This document shows, piece after piece, positions 28,844 through 38,272 of a stretch of DNA of 64,000 nucleotides; positions within the stretch are counted from its first letter, which is position 1, and each line of letters starts with the position of its first letter. The notes below the pieces were generated by a model. That model was given only the letters and a program-made list of their open reading frames with translations. It had not been told where the DNA came from and searched no databases. This DNA is from Thermodesulfobacteriota bacterium. Lineage in GTDB: Bacteria > Desulfobacterota > Desulfarculia > JACQYL01. The stretch is taken from contig CAXXLZ010000001.1 in the NCBI GenBank assembly GCA_963675595.2, positions 1,024,001 through 1,088,000 of the forward strand, read 5' to 3'. The translations under genes were made by a program, and so were the position numbers.

Positions 28844-29254
28844 GTGAACGTGACGACCCGTTTATCCAACTTGCCGATCCTTTTCGTCATGGTTTTCATC
28901 TTGGCGGTTCCCGCTTGGGGATTTCCGGTATCCGGATGTGCCATGGGGTGCTGCGACGTCCCCATGACGCACCGACCCGTGGATGAATGCCCCGATGCGG
29001 TCTATTTCGGCAAGAGTGGAGATTGCTGCTGCGGCTCTTTTGAGGCCTGTGCGGCGCCGGGAGTGCTCTCTACGTTGGCCGTCGGCTCCGTTCTCCGAGT
29101 CATGCCGGACAAACAGGTCCGGCATATGGCGGTTCGGTTGGAGGGGACGCCCTCCCTCGCCGCCGGCGGAAGCTTTACCTCCGGGCCGCCTATCATTTTC
29201 AGCGGCGGAGACACGCCACCCACCTATCTGCTTCATCGCGTCCTGCTGATTTGA
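28844..29254 (+). CDS. Small Cys-rich exported/leader-type protein
   Basis: Hydrophobic N-terminus, CxxGCC and CCC clusters, C-terminal PPTYLLHRVLLI. Start moved downstream of the promoter (GTG ~28844). Confidence 0.55.
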   Translation: MNVTTRLSNLPILFVMVFILAVPAWGFPVSGCAMGCCDVPMTHRPVDECPDAVYFGKSGDCCCGSFEACAAPGVLSTLAVGSVLRVMPDKQVRHMAVRLEGTPSLAAGGSFTSGPPIIFSGGDTPPTYLLHRVLLI

Positions 29255-29481
29255 TTCTTCTCCTCTCGATCCGGTCCGCATCCCGAAGCGGCACGGATCA
29301 TCGATCTCGATTAATCAAGTACTCTTAGAAGAACGGCCGAACCTGGGCGTAGCGGCCTCTTTGAGGCGGATTGCCGCCTGCGGTTGAGGACCGTGTGGAG
29401 GATCGAGTTGCCCTCCTCACAGAGGTTTGGCCGTTCGCATGGAATTCCAATTTCGAAAATCAGTGAGAAGGAGCATTGCAG

Positions 29482-30060
29482 ATGGCGCGAAATAAAGCAT
29501 CGGAACCGAGTGGAAGCGGTCGAAGAAACGCGAAGAAGGACATCGTATTGGGAAAGAAGAAAAAGGGCGGTGGATTCGTCCTGCTCGCGGTGGTCGGGGT
29601 ACTGATCGCCGGATCCGCTTTGGGTTGGTTCATTTCTTCCGAACCTCGGGAGAGTTTGGTTATCGCTCAATCTCCGCCCGTTTCTTCGGACGACGGAAGC
29701 ATCGCTTTTCCCGAAGCCATGTTCGACGACGGGGAAGCCAAATTCTTCAGCCGGGAAACGGACGATGGAATCACCATTCGTTACTTTGTGATGAAGAGTT
29801 CCGACGGGGTCGTGCGCGCTGCTTTCGACGCCTGCGACGTGTGTTGGAAGGCGGGGAAGGGGTATCAACAAAGCGGCGACGTGATGATCTGCAGGAACTG
29901 CGGCAGACGATTTCCTTCAATCAGCATCAATGAAATCAAAGGCGGGTGCAACCCCGCTCCCCTGCGCAGGGATTACCGGGACGGCGTCGTGACGATCGCT
30001 TTGAAGGACATACTGGAAGGGCGGAGATATTTTGATTTTTCCGGAAGGAGTCGATCATGA
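29482..30060 (+). CDS. DUF2318 (FtrD-like) membrane-anchored Fe-S protein
   Basis: AFDACDVC...GY.Q....ICRNCG..F.......GGCNP. Confidence 0.85.
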   Translation: MARNKASEPSGSGRRNAKKDIVLGKKKKGGGFVLLAVVGVLIAGSALGWFISSEPRESLVIAQSPPVSSDDGSIAFPEAMFDDGEAKFFSRETDDGITIRYFVMKSSDGVVRAAFDACDVCWKAGKGYQQSGDVMICRNCGRRFPSISINEIKGGCNPAPLRRDYRDGVVTIALKDILEGRRYFDFSGRSRS

Positions 30061-31214
30061 CCCTGAGAGGGATCGCCTTCAGGAATCTCAAACGGCGGAA
30101 GGCCAAGGCCCTTTTCGTTCTTTGCGGGGTCACCATCTCCGTGGCCACGGTGGTGGCTCTCATCACCCTCGGCTTGGCCGTGAGCGATGCGATTACACAC
30201 AACCTGGAGAAGTTCGGCGCCAACATTCTGGTGGTCCCGAAAACCGAGAATCTCTCTTTGTCCTACGGCGGGCTCACCCTGGGAGGCGTGTCGTTCCAGA
30301 TGGAACAAATCCGTCAGTCCGACCTGAACCGCGTATCGGAGATCGAGAACTCGGCCAATGTCGCGGCCGTGGGACCCATGGTGCTCGGTGTCGTGGAAGT
30401 GAACCGAACCAGGGTCCTTCTGGCGGGAGTGGATTTCGAAACCGTAAACATACTGAAACCTTGGTGGAAGGTACGGGGTGCGCTTCCACAGCCGGGAGGA
30501 ATCCTGCTGGGGGGCGAAGCGGGACGGGTACTGGGCAATTCGGTGGGTGAATCCGTGGATATCGGCGGACGCCGTTTTACTGTGTCGGGAATTCTGGAGC
30601 CCACCGGTTCTCAGGACGATAACCTCATGTTCACTCATCTGGAAGAAGCTCAGGACGTACTCGGCATGGAAGGAAGGGTCTCAATGGTGGAAATCGCGGC
30701 CCTCTGCAAAGACTGTCCCATCGGGGACATGGTGCTCCAGCTTTCCCGAGTACTTCCCGGCGCCAATGTCATGGCGATTCAACAAGTGGTGAAGAATCGC
30801 ATGGAGACCCTCCGGCACTTCAGGAATTTCTCCCTTGCCGTTTCCGCAGTCGTACTCCTGGTGGGGACTTTGCTGGTGTTGGTGACCATTATGGGCGGCG
30901 TGCGGGAGAGGACTTCCGAGATCGGTATTTTCCGCGCCATCGGATTTCGTCGTCTTCATGTCGTCCGAATCGTGCTGATGGAGGCCGGCGTGCTCTCCTT
31001 CTTGGGTGGCCTTTTTGGGTATGCTTTGGGGTGGGCCATTACCAGGGCGGTCCTACCTTTCTTCGCGGAGGGGCATGGACTGGTTGTGCCGGTGAATGCC
31101 GTGATTGCGGGGGCCTCCCTGGCGCTCGCACTCTTCATGGGCTTGTCGGCCGGCGTCTACCCGGCCGTGCTCGCCGCGAGAATGGACCCGAGTGATTCCT
31201 TGAGAAGCCTGTAA
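30057..31214 (+). CDS. MacB/FtsX-family ABC permease
   Basis: N-terminal TM, periplasmic domain with ALCKDCP, ERTSEIGIFRAIG, 3 C-terminal TMs. Confidence 0.9.
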   Translation: MTLRGIAFRNLKRRKAKALFVLCGVTISVATVVALITLGLAVSDAITHNLEKFGANILVVPKTENLSLSYGGLTLGGVSFQMEQIRQSDLNRVSEIENSANVAAVGPMVLGVVEVNRTRVLLAGVDFETVNILKPWWKVRGALPQPGGILLGGEAGRVLGNSVGESVDIGGRRFTVSGILEPTGSQDDNLMFTHLEEAQDVLGMEGRVSMVEIAALCKDCPIGDMVLQLSRVLPGANVMAIQQVVKNRMETLRHFRNFSLAVSAVVLLVGTLLVLVTIMGGVRERTSEIGIFRAIGFRRLHVVRIVLMEAGVLSFLGGLFGYALGWAITRAVLPFFAEGHGLVVPVNAVIAGASLALALFMGLSAGVYPAVLAARMDPSDSLRSL

Positions 31215-31225
31215 GGAGGGACGCC

Positions 31226-32002
31226 ATGAGTTGTTTGATTTGTGGAGATAACCTTGTGAAGACCTACGGCAAGGGCGATGCCGCCGTAAGTGCTCTCCGA
31301 GGGGTCGACATATCCATTGAGGCTGGTGAGTTCATCGGGATCATGGGAGAGTCGGGTTCGGGGAAGTCAACCTTGCTTTCCATCTTGGGAGCGCTCAACA
31401 CTCCCACGGCCGGAAAGTACGTGGTGGACGAGATCGATGTTTATCGGCTGAGCGGGGACCAAAGAGCGGACTTTCGCCGGGAGTTTCTGGGGTACGTATT
31501 CCAGACTTTTTTCCTCATGCCCTATCTGACGCTTTCGGAGAACGTAATGCTTCCGCTCGCCACAGCGAAACTGACCTCAAAAAGAAAGAAGGACATGGCG
31601 GAGGCCGCCCTGGACAGGGTGGGATTGTCGGGGAAGGGGGATCGATTGCCGAGCCAGGTTTCAGGAGGCGAGCAGGAGCGTGCCGCTCTGGCGCGCGCCA
31701 TTGTGAACGAGCCGCCCATTCTGTTGGCCGATGAACCCACCGGAAATCTGGACAGCGGAACCAGCGGCAGAATCATGCACTTGCTTCGTGAACTCAACCG
31801 GTCGGGAATGACCGTCGTCATGGTGACCCACAGCGAGGAGTGCTCGCGGTATGCGGAGCGGATACTCAGGCTCGCGGACGGCCGATTCTTCCCACAGGAA
31901 GGAGAACCCGGCGACGGAAAGGCTTCGTGGAAAGGAAACGGCGGGAGGCCGGCCGAATGCGCCCTGCTGGAGACGGACCTTTCCAGCGGGCCGGTAGGGT
32001 GA
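31226..32002 (+). CDS. ABC transporter ATP-binding protein (LolD/MacB type)
   Basis: GESGSGKS, SGGEQ, LADEPTGNLD, VTH. Confidence 0.93.
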   Translation: MSCLICGDNLVKTYGKGDAAVSALRGVDISIEAGEFIGIMGESGSGKSTLLSILGALNTPTAGKYVVDEIDVYRLSGDQRADFRREFLGYVFQTFFLMPYLTLSENVMLPLATAKLTSKRKKDMAEAALDRVGLSGKGDRLPSQVSGGEQERAALARAIVNEPPILLADEPTGNLDSGTSGRIMHLLRELNRSGMTVVMVTHSEECSRYAERILRLADGRFFPQEGEPGDGKASWKGNGGRPAECALLETDLSSGPVG

Positions 32003-32158
32003 GAACCCGTTCAGCCATCGTCATTACGGAATGATGGAAGAAGCATGGCCGCTCCGCCGTGAGCGGTGCGGCCGCGCTTTCAGCTTTCTTAAAGCCGGGA
32101 GGATTCTCTCAAGCGGGCCCCCCGTCATGCGAAGTTCTTCGTCCTACCAAAGGACCGT

Positions 32159-32737
32159 TTACGCAACGATTTTCTTAACCAACCAGGAGAGATTCTCCGC
32201 CAAGGTCTTGATGGTTTGCAGGCCCTCCTGGTCGTTTTGGATATCCCCGGGCATCAAGCCGATGCAAAGGTTCCAGTAACTGGAACCGGGGATGACCATT
32301 TCGTTGAGCAGGAAGAAATTGTGGATGGCGGAAATGGTGTCCACTGCGCCGGCTCTGCGGGCAACCGAAACGGCCGCGCCCGCTTTTCTTTTGAACAATC
32401 CCCCATTTACCCTGGAGACGAGACCGCACCGGTCGATGAGTGCCTTGACTTCGGCGGAAACGTTGCCGAAGTAGGTGGGGGAGGCGATCACAACGGCGTC
32501 GGCCTCAATCATTCGGGCGATGAATTCATTGAGCCCGTCGTCTTTGATGCCGTGGCATTTACGATCGGCCTTTTCTTTGCATTTATAGCAGGCAATGCAG
32601 CCCCTGAGTCCCGTTCCGCCGATACGAACGGTTTCGGTTTCAATGCCGTTGCTTGTGAGTACTTCCTCGACAATCTTGAGTGCCTGGGCGGTGTTTCCTT
32701 CTTTTCGAGGGCTTCCGTTAAAAAGTACGGCTTTCAT
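32159..32737 (-). CDS. Iron-sulfur flavoprotein (flavodoxin-fold)
   Basis: GSPRKEGNT, CIACYKC...C, SPTYF. Confidence 0.9.
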   Translation of the reverse strand: MKAVLFNGSPRKEGNTAQALKIVEEVLTSNGIETETVRIGGTGLRGCIACYKCKEKADRKCHGIKDDGLNEFIARMIEADAVVIASPTYFGNVSAEVKALIDRCGLVSRVNGGLFKRKAGAAVSVARRAGAVDTISAIHNFFLLNEMVIPGSSYWNLCIGLMPGDIQNDQEGLQTIKTLAENLSWLVKKIVA

Positions 32738-32820
32738 AATGAGTCCTCCTGAATAGGTCTCGATGGTCTGAAAAACCGGTATCGGGATACCGGGTTCGTC
32801 CGTCCGTGAAACGGAATACC

Positions 32821-33807
32821 TTAAGAGCGATACGGGTCCTGGAAATCCCGGTTGGCGGGCAACAGCCCCATGCCGTGGGCGGAACGCACGGCATGAAGAA
32901 TCGCGCGCGCCAGTACGGTCTTTGCCGCAATCCCCAGAGCGATCAAATCCGCTTCGCGGTCTCCCGCTGAAAGGGCGAAGACCACGTCACCGTCGAACAC
33001 GGTATGAGCCGGTGAAAGGGTTTTGGCCAGGGCGTTCTGAGCCCCCCGTGCCATCTTTTCGGCGGCATCTTTGGTCAAACGTGCGTTGGTGGCCACCACA
33101 CCGATGGTGGTATTGCTCATCTCCGCGAACGCCGATCTTGTCGCACCGGCAAGGAAGCATTTTCGGGTATCGGCAAATTCGAGAGCGTCCGGTGCGGTTC
33201 GCGCACCGGCCAGAATCTTCCCGGTGTCCGGGTCTCGAACGTCCCCGAAGGCGTTGACCACGGCCAGCGCACCCACCACCACATTCGGCGGAAGAATCAT
33301 GCTCGATGTGCCCAGTCCTCCTTTAGTAGCCTGGGCCACGGTGAACAACTTTCCGATGGTGGCCCCGGTTCCGGCCCCGACACTGCCCTGGGGCACATCT
33401 TCCGAAGCATTCAAGCAGGCTCGATACCCCATCTCTGCTCCGGGACGGACATCGTGTCGCCCAAATGCCAGGTCGAAAATGATCGCCGTGGGCACGATGG
33501 GGACGCGGGTTACTTTCACGTCGAATCCCACTCCCCGCTCTTCCAGGTACTTCATCGCACCACCCCCGGAATCCAAACCGAACGCGCTTCCGCCCGCAAT
33601 CATGAGGGCGTTGATAAATGGTACGGCGTGATGAGGAAAGAGAGCGTCGATCTGACGGGTTCCCGTGGCGGAACCCCGGATGTCGATTCCTCCCACGGTC
33701 TCGGGAGGGCAGAGGATGGCGGTACAACCGGTCATGGCCTCGAAATCGCTGCTATGTCCAACCAGAATACCCGGAACGTCAGTGATGGAATCCGTCAAAG
33801 TTTTCAT
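32821..33807 (-). CDS. P1/S58 family peptidase (DmpA-like)
   Basis: ITDVPGILVGH, GGSAFGL, GAGTGA, NTTIGVVATNA, DGD. Confidence 0.9.
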   Translation of the reverse strand: MKTLTDSITDVPGILVGHSSDFEAMTGCTAILCPPETVGGIDIRGSATGTRQIDALFPHHAVPFINALMIAGGSAFGLDSGGGAMKYLEERGVGFDVKVTRVPIVPTAIIFDLAFGRHDVRPGAEMGYRACLNASEDVPQGSVGAGTGATIGKLFTVAQATKGGLGTSSMILPPNVVVGALAVVNAFGDVRDPDTGKILAGARTAPDALEFADTRKCFLAGATRSAFAEMSNTTIGVVATNARLTKDAAEKMARGAQNALAKTLSPAHTVFDGDVVFALSAGDREADLIALGIAAKTVLARAILHAVRSAHGMGLLPANRDFQDPYRS

Positions 33808-33955
33808 AGCTCGCCTTTGTAATGCTTCGTTATCGTCCTTTCAAGAGAAAACACGGCCGGGTGTGGGGACTTCGTTGCTCCCCGCTTCGTTTTATGATAC
33901 CTAAATTCCCCTTTGGAGTTTGGTGAAGATTCTGAAGCATTGGGAGGCAAGGGGC

Positions 33956-34846
33956 ATGGATAAGCATACGACCGTGGTAACGGAAACGCGCCTTGAAGGA
34001 TTGAAGTTGCTCAAGAGGGGGAAGGTGAGGGACGTTTACGACTTGGGAGAGTCGCTGCTCATCGTGGCCACGGACAGGATTTCGGCCTTTGATGTGATCA
34101 TGCGGAATCCCATTCCGGGGAAGGGACGGATTCTTACCGGAATCAGCCGGTTCTGGTTTGAGCGGATGGCCGATATCCTGGAGAATCACGTGATCTCCTT
34201 TGACGTGGCGGATTTCCCCCCGGAGTGCCGCGCTCATTCGGAGGTGTTGCGCGATCGGACCATGTGGGTGAAGAAAGCGGAGCCTCTCCCCATTGAGTGC
34301 ATCGTCAGGGGCTACCTTTCGGGTTCCGGGTGGAAGGATTATCGAAGCTCGGGGGCTGTTTGCGGCCACCGGCTGGGATCGGGACTTTTGGAGTCTTCCG
34401 AGCTTGAGACTCCTTTGTTTACTCCCTCCACGAAGGCCGAACTGGGAGAGCACGACGAGAACATCACCTGTGAACAGGCCGAGTCCATTGTGGGTAAGGA
34501 ATTGTTCAGAAAAGTGGAAACGGCGAGTCTGGCCATATATTCCCGCGCTCGTGCCATGGCCAAAGAGCGAGGCATCATCATAGCGGATACCAAGTTCGAA
34601 ATGGGCTTGGTGGACGGTCGACTGATCCTGATCGATGAGCTCTTGACTCCGGATTCTTCAAGATTCTGGCCTATGGACGAGTACGCACCGGGGCGGGCAC
34701 AGAACAGCTTCGACAAGCAGTACCTGAGGGATTACCTTGAATCCCTTGAGTGGGACAAGAAGCCGCCGGCTCCCGAGCTTCCCGAAAATATCATTGAGCA
34801 GACCGGGGCTCGCTACTCGGAGGCGCTTCAACGGCTTACCCAATAA
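33956..34846 (+). CDS. purC: SAICAR synthetase
   Basis: [35 protein letters not shown]. Confidence 0.96.
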   Translation: MDKHTTVVTETRLEGLKLLKRGKVRDVYDLGESLLIVATDRISAFDVIMRNPIPGKGRILTGISRFWFERMADILENHVISFDVADFPPECRAHSEVLRDRTMWVKKAEPLPIECIVRGYLSGSGWKDYRSSGAVCGHRLGSGLLESSELETPLFTPSTKAELGEHDENITCEQAESIVGKELFRKVETASLAIYSRARAMAKERGIIIADTKFEMGLVDGRLILIDELLTPDSSRFWPMDEYAPGRAQNSFDKQYLRDYLESLEWDKKPPAPELPENIIEQTGARYSEALQRLTQ

Positions 34847-34964
34847 CGGTACCGGTTCCAAAAGGGATACGGGGTGCTTCCTGCTCGGCTGGAGCGGGCG
34901 TTCCGCGAGGGTTTGGCGGGCCTGGAAGCTGATTCGGCGAGGGCGGCCGCTCGATGGAGTCAAC

Positions 34965-34993
34965 TTGACAATGAGTCCGGCGCACCCTATGTT
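34965..34993 (+). promoter_or_regulatory. Candidate sigma70 promoter
   Basis: TTGACA-17 bp-TATGTT. Confidence 0.55.
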
Positions 34994-35156
34994 ATTTCGT
35001 GAACGTCAGGCGGCGTGCTTAGCGGCACGCCCTTGATTTTCCGGAGGTTGGACCCTCACCCAGGTCATCCGACGGCGTTTCTCCACGCACTTCATTCGAG
35101 TCCGCGATTTGTGCCGGGCTACGGCAAGCAATTCGGGGGAATGAAATTACCACGGC

Positions 35157-36104
35157 ATGACGAGCATACTTCCCGGCTACATTCGGACCCACCGCAGCGG
35201 CGAACTCAGGAAACGGATCGGCGCCGCGTATTCGCTGATGAAGAATTGCGGTGTCTGTGCTCGTCGCTGCGGCGTCAACCGTCTGAAAGGTGAAACGGGG
35301 TTCTGCGAAACCGGGAAGTACCCCGTGATCTCCAGCTACAGCCCCCACTTCGGCGAAGAGGACCCATTGGTAGGTGCGGGGGGGTCCGGTACGATCTTTG
35401 TTACCCACTGCAACTTGAAGTGCGTATTCTGCCAGAATTTCGAGATCAGTCACGAAGGAGAAGGAGAAGTCTTCGCCGTAAGAGCGCTTACGGAAATGAT
35501 GCTTCGACTTCAGAGCATGGGGTGTCACAACATCAACTTCGTCAGTCCTTCACATATCGTTCCCCAGATTCTGGCCGCACTTCCCGCTGCGATCGAAAGG
35601 GGCCTCTCCGTTCCTCTCGTGTATAATACGGGCGCCTACGACGAGTTGGGCACGTTGCGTTTGCTGGAAGGCGTTTTCGATATCTACATGCCGGACTTCA
35701 AATTTTGGAGTACGGACCTTTCCAGAGAATACTTGGATGCTGAGAATTATCCGGAAACCGCCCGCAGGGCAATCATTGAAATGCACCGTCAGGTAGGGGA
35801 GTTGGAGGAGGACGAACACGGGGTCGCCGTCAAAGGGTTGCTGATTCGCCACTTGGTGATGCCGGGATGCACCGGGGATTCCGCCGATATCTTTCGGTTT
35901 ATCGCCCACGAGATTTCTCCGGCGACCTACGTCAACGTGATGGCCCAGTACCGACCCTGCGGACAGGCATACCGCTATCCTGAGCTGGCTGAGAGGACGA
36001 CGATGGGAGATTATTCGGCGGCCGTCGTCGCCGCGGGGGAAGCGGGGCTGACACGCTTGGACGGGAGGAGGCCCAAGTCGCCGGTATTGTGGAACGGAAC
36101 ATGA
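35157..36104 (+). CDS. Radical SAM protein (PflX-like)
   Basis: CxxCxRxC at the N-terminus, CNLKCVFC, HFGEE, YMPDFK, RHLVMP. Confidence 0.9.
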   Translation: MTSILPGYIRTHRSGELRKRIGAAYSLMKNCGVCARRCGVNRLKGETGFCETGKYPVISSYSPHFGEEDPLVGAGGSGTIFVTHCNLKCVFCQNFEISHEGEGEVFAVRALTEMMLRLQSMGCHNINFVSPSHIVPQILAALPAAIERGLSVPLVYNTGAYDELGTLRLLEGVFDIYMPDFKFWSTDLSREYLDAENYPETARRAIIEMHRQVGELEEDEHGVAVKGLLIRHLVMPGCTGDSADIFRFIAHEISPATYVNVMAQYRPCGQAYRYPELAERTTMGDYSAAVVAAGEAGLTRLDGRRPKSPVLWNGT

Positions 36105-36742
36105 CCGGGCGCATTTATGCCATCGGCGACCTTCACGGTTGTTCGGACCACCTCGATCAACTGTTGAGGAAGATCCCTTTTGATCCGGACTTGGATCAGT
36201 TCGTATTTATGGGGGATTATATCGACCGGGGCCCGGATTCTTTCGGAGTGGTGGATCGGCTCCTGGACCTGAAACGCTTCTACCCGAATACCATGTGCCT
36301 CCTGGGCAACCACGAGCAGATGCTGCAAGACTATCTTTCCGGGGAAGATACGTTTTCCTTCGTTTACAACGGTGGGCGGGCCACCCTGGAAAGCTATTCA
36401 GTGGAGAATCGACAGAAGAGATGGCATGGAACGCTTCCTCCGGAACATGAGAATTTTTTCCGACACCTGCCGCGATACTATGAAACCGAAGATTATATTT
36501 TCGTGCACGCGGGACTCCGGCCGGGAGTTCTTCTGGAAGATCAGAGCCCGCACGACCTGATCTGGATTCGTGATCAGTTTTTCAAGTCGGACTACGATTT
36601 TGGGAAGACCGTGGTCTTCGGACACACTCCCTTTCAGCGTCCCTTCGTTGTGACGGGCAGGATCGGTATCGATACGGGAGCGGTCTACGGCAACGTGCTC
36701 ACCTGTGTGGCCCTTCCCGAGATGGTCTTCTACCACGTGTAA
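36101..36742 (+). CDS. PPP-family metallophosphoesterase
   Basis: GDLHG, GDYIDRG, GNHE, HAG, GHTP, DTG. Confidence 0.92.
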   Translation: MTGRIYAIGDLHGCSDHLDQLLRKIPFDPDLDQFVFMGDYIDRGPDSFGVVDRLLDLKRFYPNTMCLLGNHEQMLQDYLSGEDTFSFVYNGGRATLESYSVENRQKRWHGTLPPEHENFFRHLPRYYETEDYIFVHAGLRPGVLLEDQSPHDLIWIRDQFFKSDYDFGKTVVFGHTPFQRPFVVTGRIGIDTGAVYGNVLTCVALPEMVFYHV

Positions 36743-36776
36743 GAGAGTTTATGGAGTTGCCCTTCGGCGTCCGCTA

Positions 36777-37784
36777 ATGCTCGAACTTCAAACCGGCATC
36801 CCCCCCTTTAACGGTATCGGCATTACCAGCACGGTCCCTGTTGAGGTGATCTTCGCCTCCGGAGCCGTTCCGGTAGACCTGAACAATCTATTCATCGCGA
36901 GCGGCCGATCGCTGGAACTGGTCCGAAAGGCCGAAGAAGCCGGGTTTCCACGGACGGTATGCAGTTGGATCAAGGGAATCTACCAGGCGTGGGCTGAAAG
37001 GACGGAGCTTCGCAAGGTGATCGGCGTGACTCAGGGGGATTGCAGCAACACCCATGCATTGATGGAGCTCATCGAGAGCCGGGGAGGGCTGGTCATTCCT
37101 TTCGAGTTTCCCAGAAACCGGGACAGGACGAGCCTCCTCAGGGAGATCGGGCGATTGGCGGCGGCGCTTGGCACCGATGTCGAGGCGGCGGAGCACTTCC
37201 GAGAGCTCCTCGGACCCATTCGAAGTAAACTGGCGATCCTGGATGAACTCACTTGGAAGGGCGATGGAATTTCGGGTTGGGAGAACTTCTCATTCCTTGT
37301 GTCCAGCTCGGATTTCGGCTCCGATCCTCAGAGGTTTGAAAATACCTTGGATAGCTTTCTCTTGGAAGCGGAGCGGAGGCTTCCTCGCCCACCCAAGGTG
37401 CGGCTGGGGCTTCTGGGAGTTCCGACCATTCTCGACGGCCTTCACGATTTTATCGAGACACTAGAAGGAAGGATTGTATTTAATGAGGTGCCGAGGCAGT
37501 TCTCCATGCCGCCGAGAGGAGGCGACCTCGCGGATCAATACCTGAGCTATACGTATCCTTACGATATTCACGGCCGAATCGAGGACATACGGACAGCTGT
37601 GCGGGACAGGAAACTGGACGGTTTGATCCATTATACCCAGAGCTTCTGTTTTCGCCAGATCCAGGACATTCTTTTGAGGGAGTCCCTGCCGGTCCCCATT
37701 CTGACGATCGAAGGGGACCAGCCCTTACCGCTGGATGCGCAGCTGCGGAATCGTATCCAGGCCTTCATGGAACTTCTCGGCTGA
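36777..37784 (+). CDS. 2-hydroxyacyl-CoA dehydratase D-component family protein
   Basis: IGITSTVPVE, CSWIKG, GDCSNT, QSFCFR, EGD. Confidence 0.82.
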   Translation: MLELQTGIPPFNGIGITSTVPVEVIFASGAVPVDLNNLFIASGRSLELVRKAEEAGFPRTVCSWIKGIYQAWAERTELRKVIGVTQGDCSNTHALMELIESRGGLVIPFEFPRNRDRTSLLREIGRLAAALGTDVEAAEHFRELLGPIRSKLAILDELTWKGDGISGWENFSFLVSSSDFGSDPQRFENTLDSFLLEAERRLPRPPKVRLGLLGVPTILDGLHDFIETLEGRIVFNEVPRQFSMPPRGGDLADQYLSYTYPYDIHGRIEDIRTAVRDRKLDGLIHYTQSFCFRQIQDILLRESLPVPILTIEGDQPLPLDAQLRNRIQAFMELLG

Positions 37785-37823
37785 AGCCGGACCGGGGATT
37801 CGCAAAGGCTGCGGCATCGGCGC

Positions 37824-38249
37824 TTATTCCACAAAGTGCGGCTTTTTGTCCAATCGATAGACCGTCGCCTGACAGATGGCGATGAGCCGCTCCTCTTTGC
37901 CGCTGATCTTAATTTCATACGTGGCGGTCTTCCTGGTCATGGCGGCGAGATTGGCCACCGAAGTCAACACCTCGCCGGGATCCGGAGAAGCTACGTAGCT
38001 GATGGCGGCGTTTAGAGCCACAGCGATGTTTCCGTGGGAGTTCGAGGCGACTTCGAATGCCTCGTCCATAAGGGCGAAGATGGCCCCGCCGTGCGCCTTG
38101 CCGTAAATGTTGGCCATGACGTCCGGGTTGAAACGCATTTCGACTCGCGCGTAACCTTCCCTCACTTCCTTCAGTTCCATTCCCAGAGTCACCGCCAAAG
38201 GCTCGCCTTGGACCGCTTGCCTCAGTCCGTTCGCCAGAGCTGATTCCAT
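37824..38249 (-). CDS. PaaI-family thioesterase
   Basis: N..G..HGG..F.L.D motif. Confidence 0.9.
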   Translation of the reverse strand: MESALANGLRQAVQGEPLAVTLGMELKEVREGYARVEMRFNPDVMANIYGKAHGGAIFALMDEAFEVASNSHGNIAVALNAAISYVASPDPGEVLTSVANLAAMTRKTATYEIKISGKEERLIAICQATVYRLDKKPHFVE

Positions 38250-38272
38250 AAGATTCCTCCCAGTTTGAAGTG

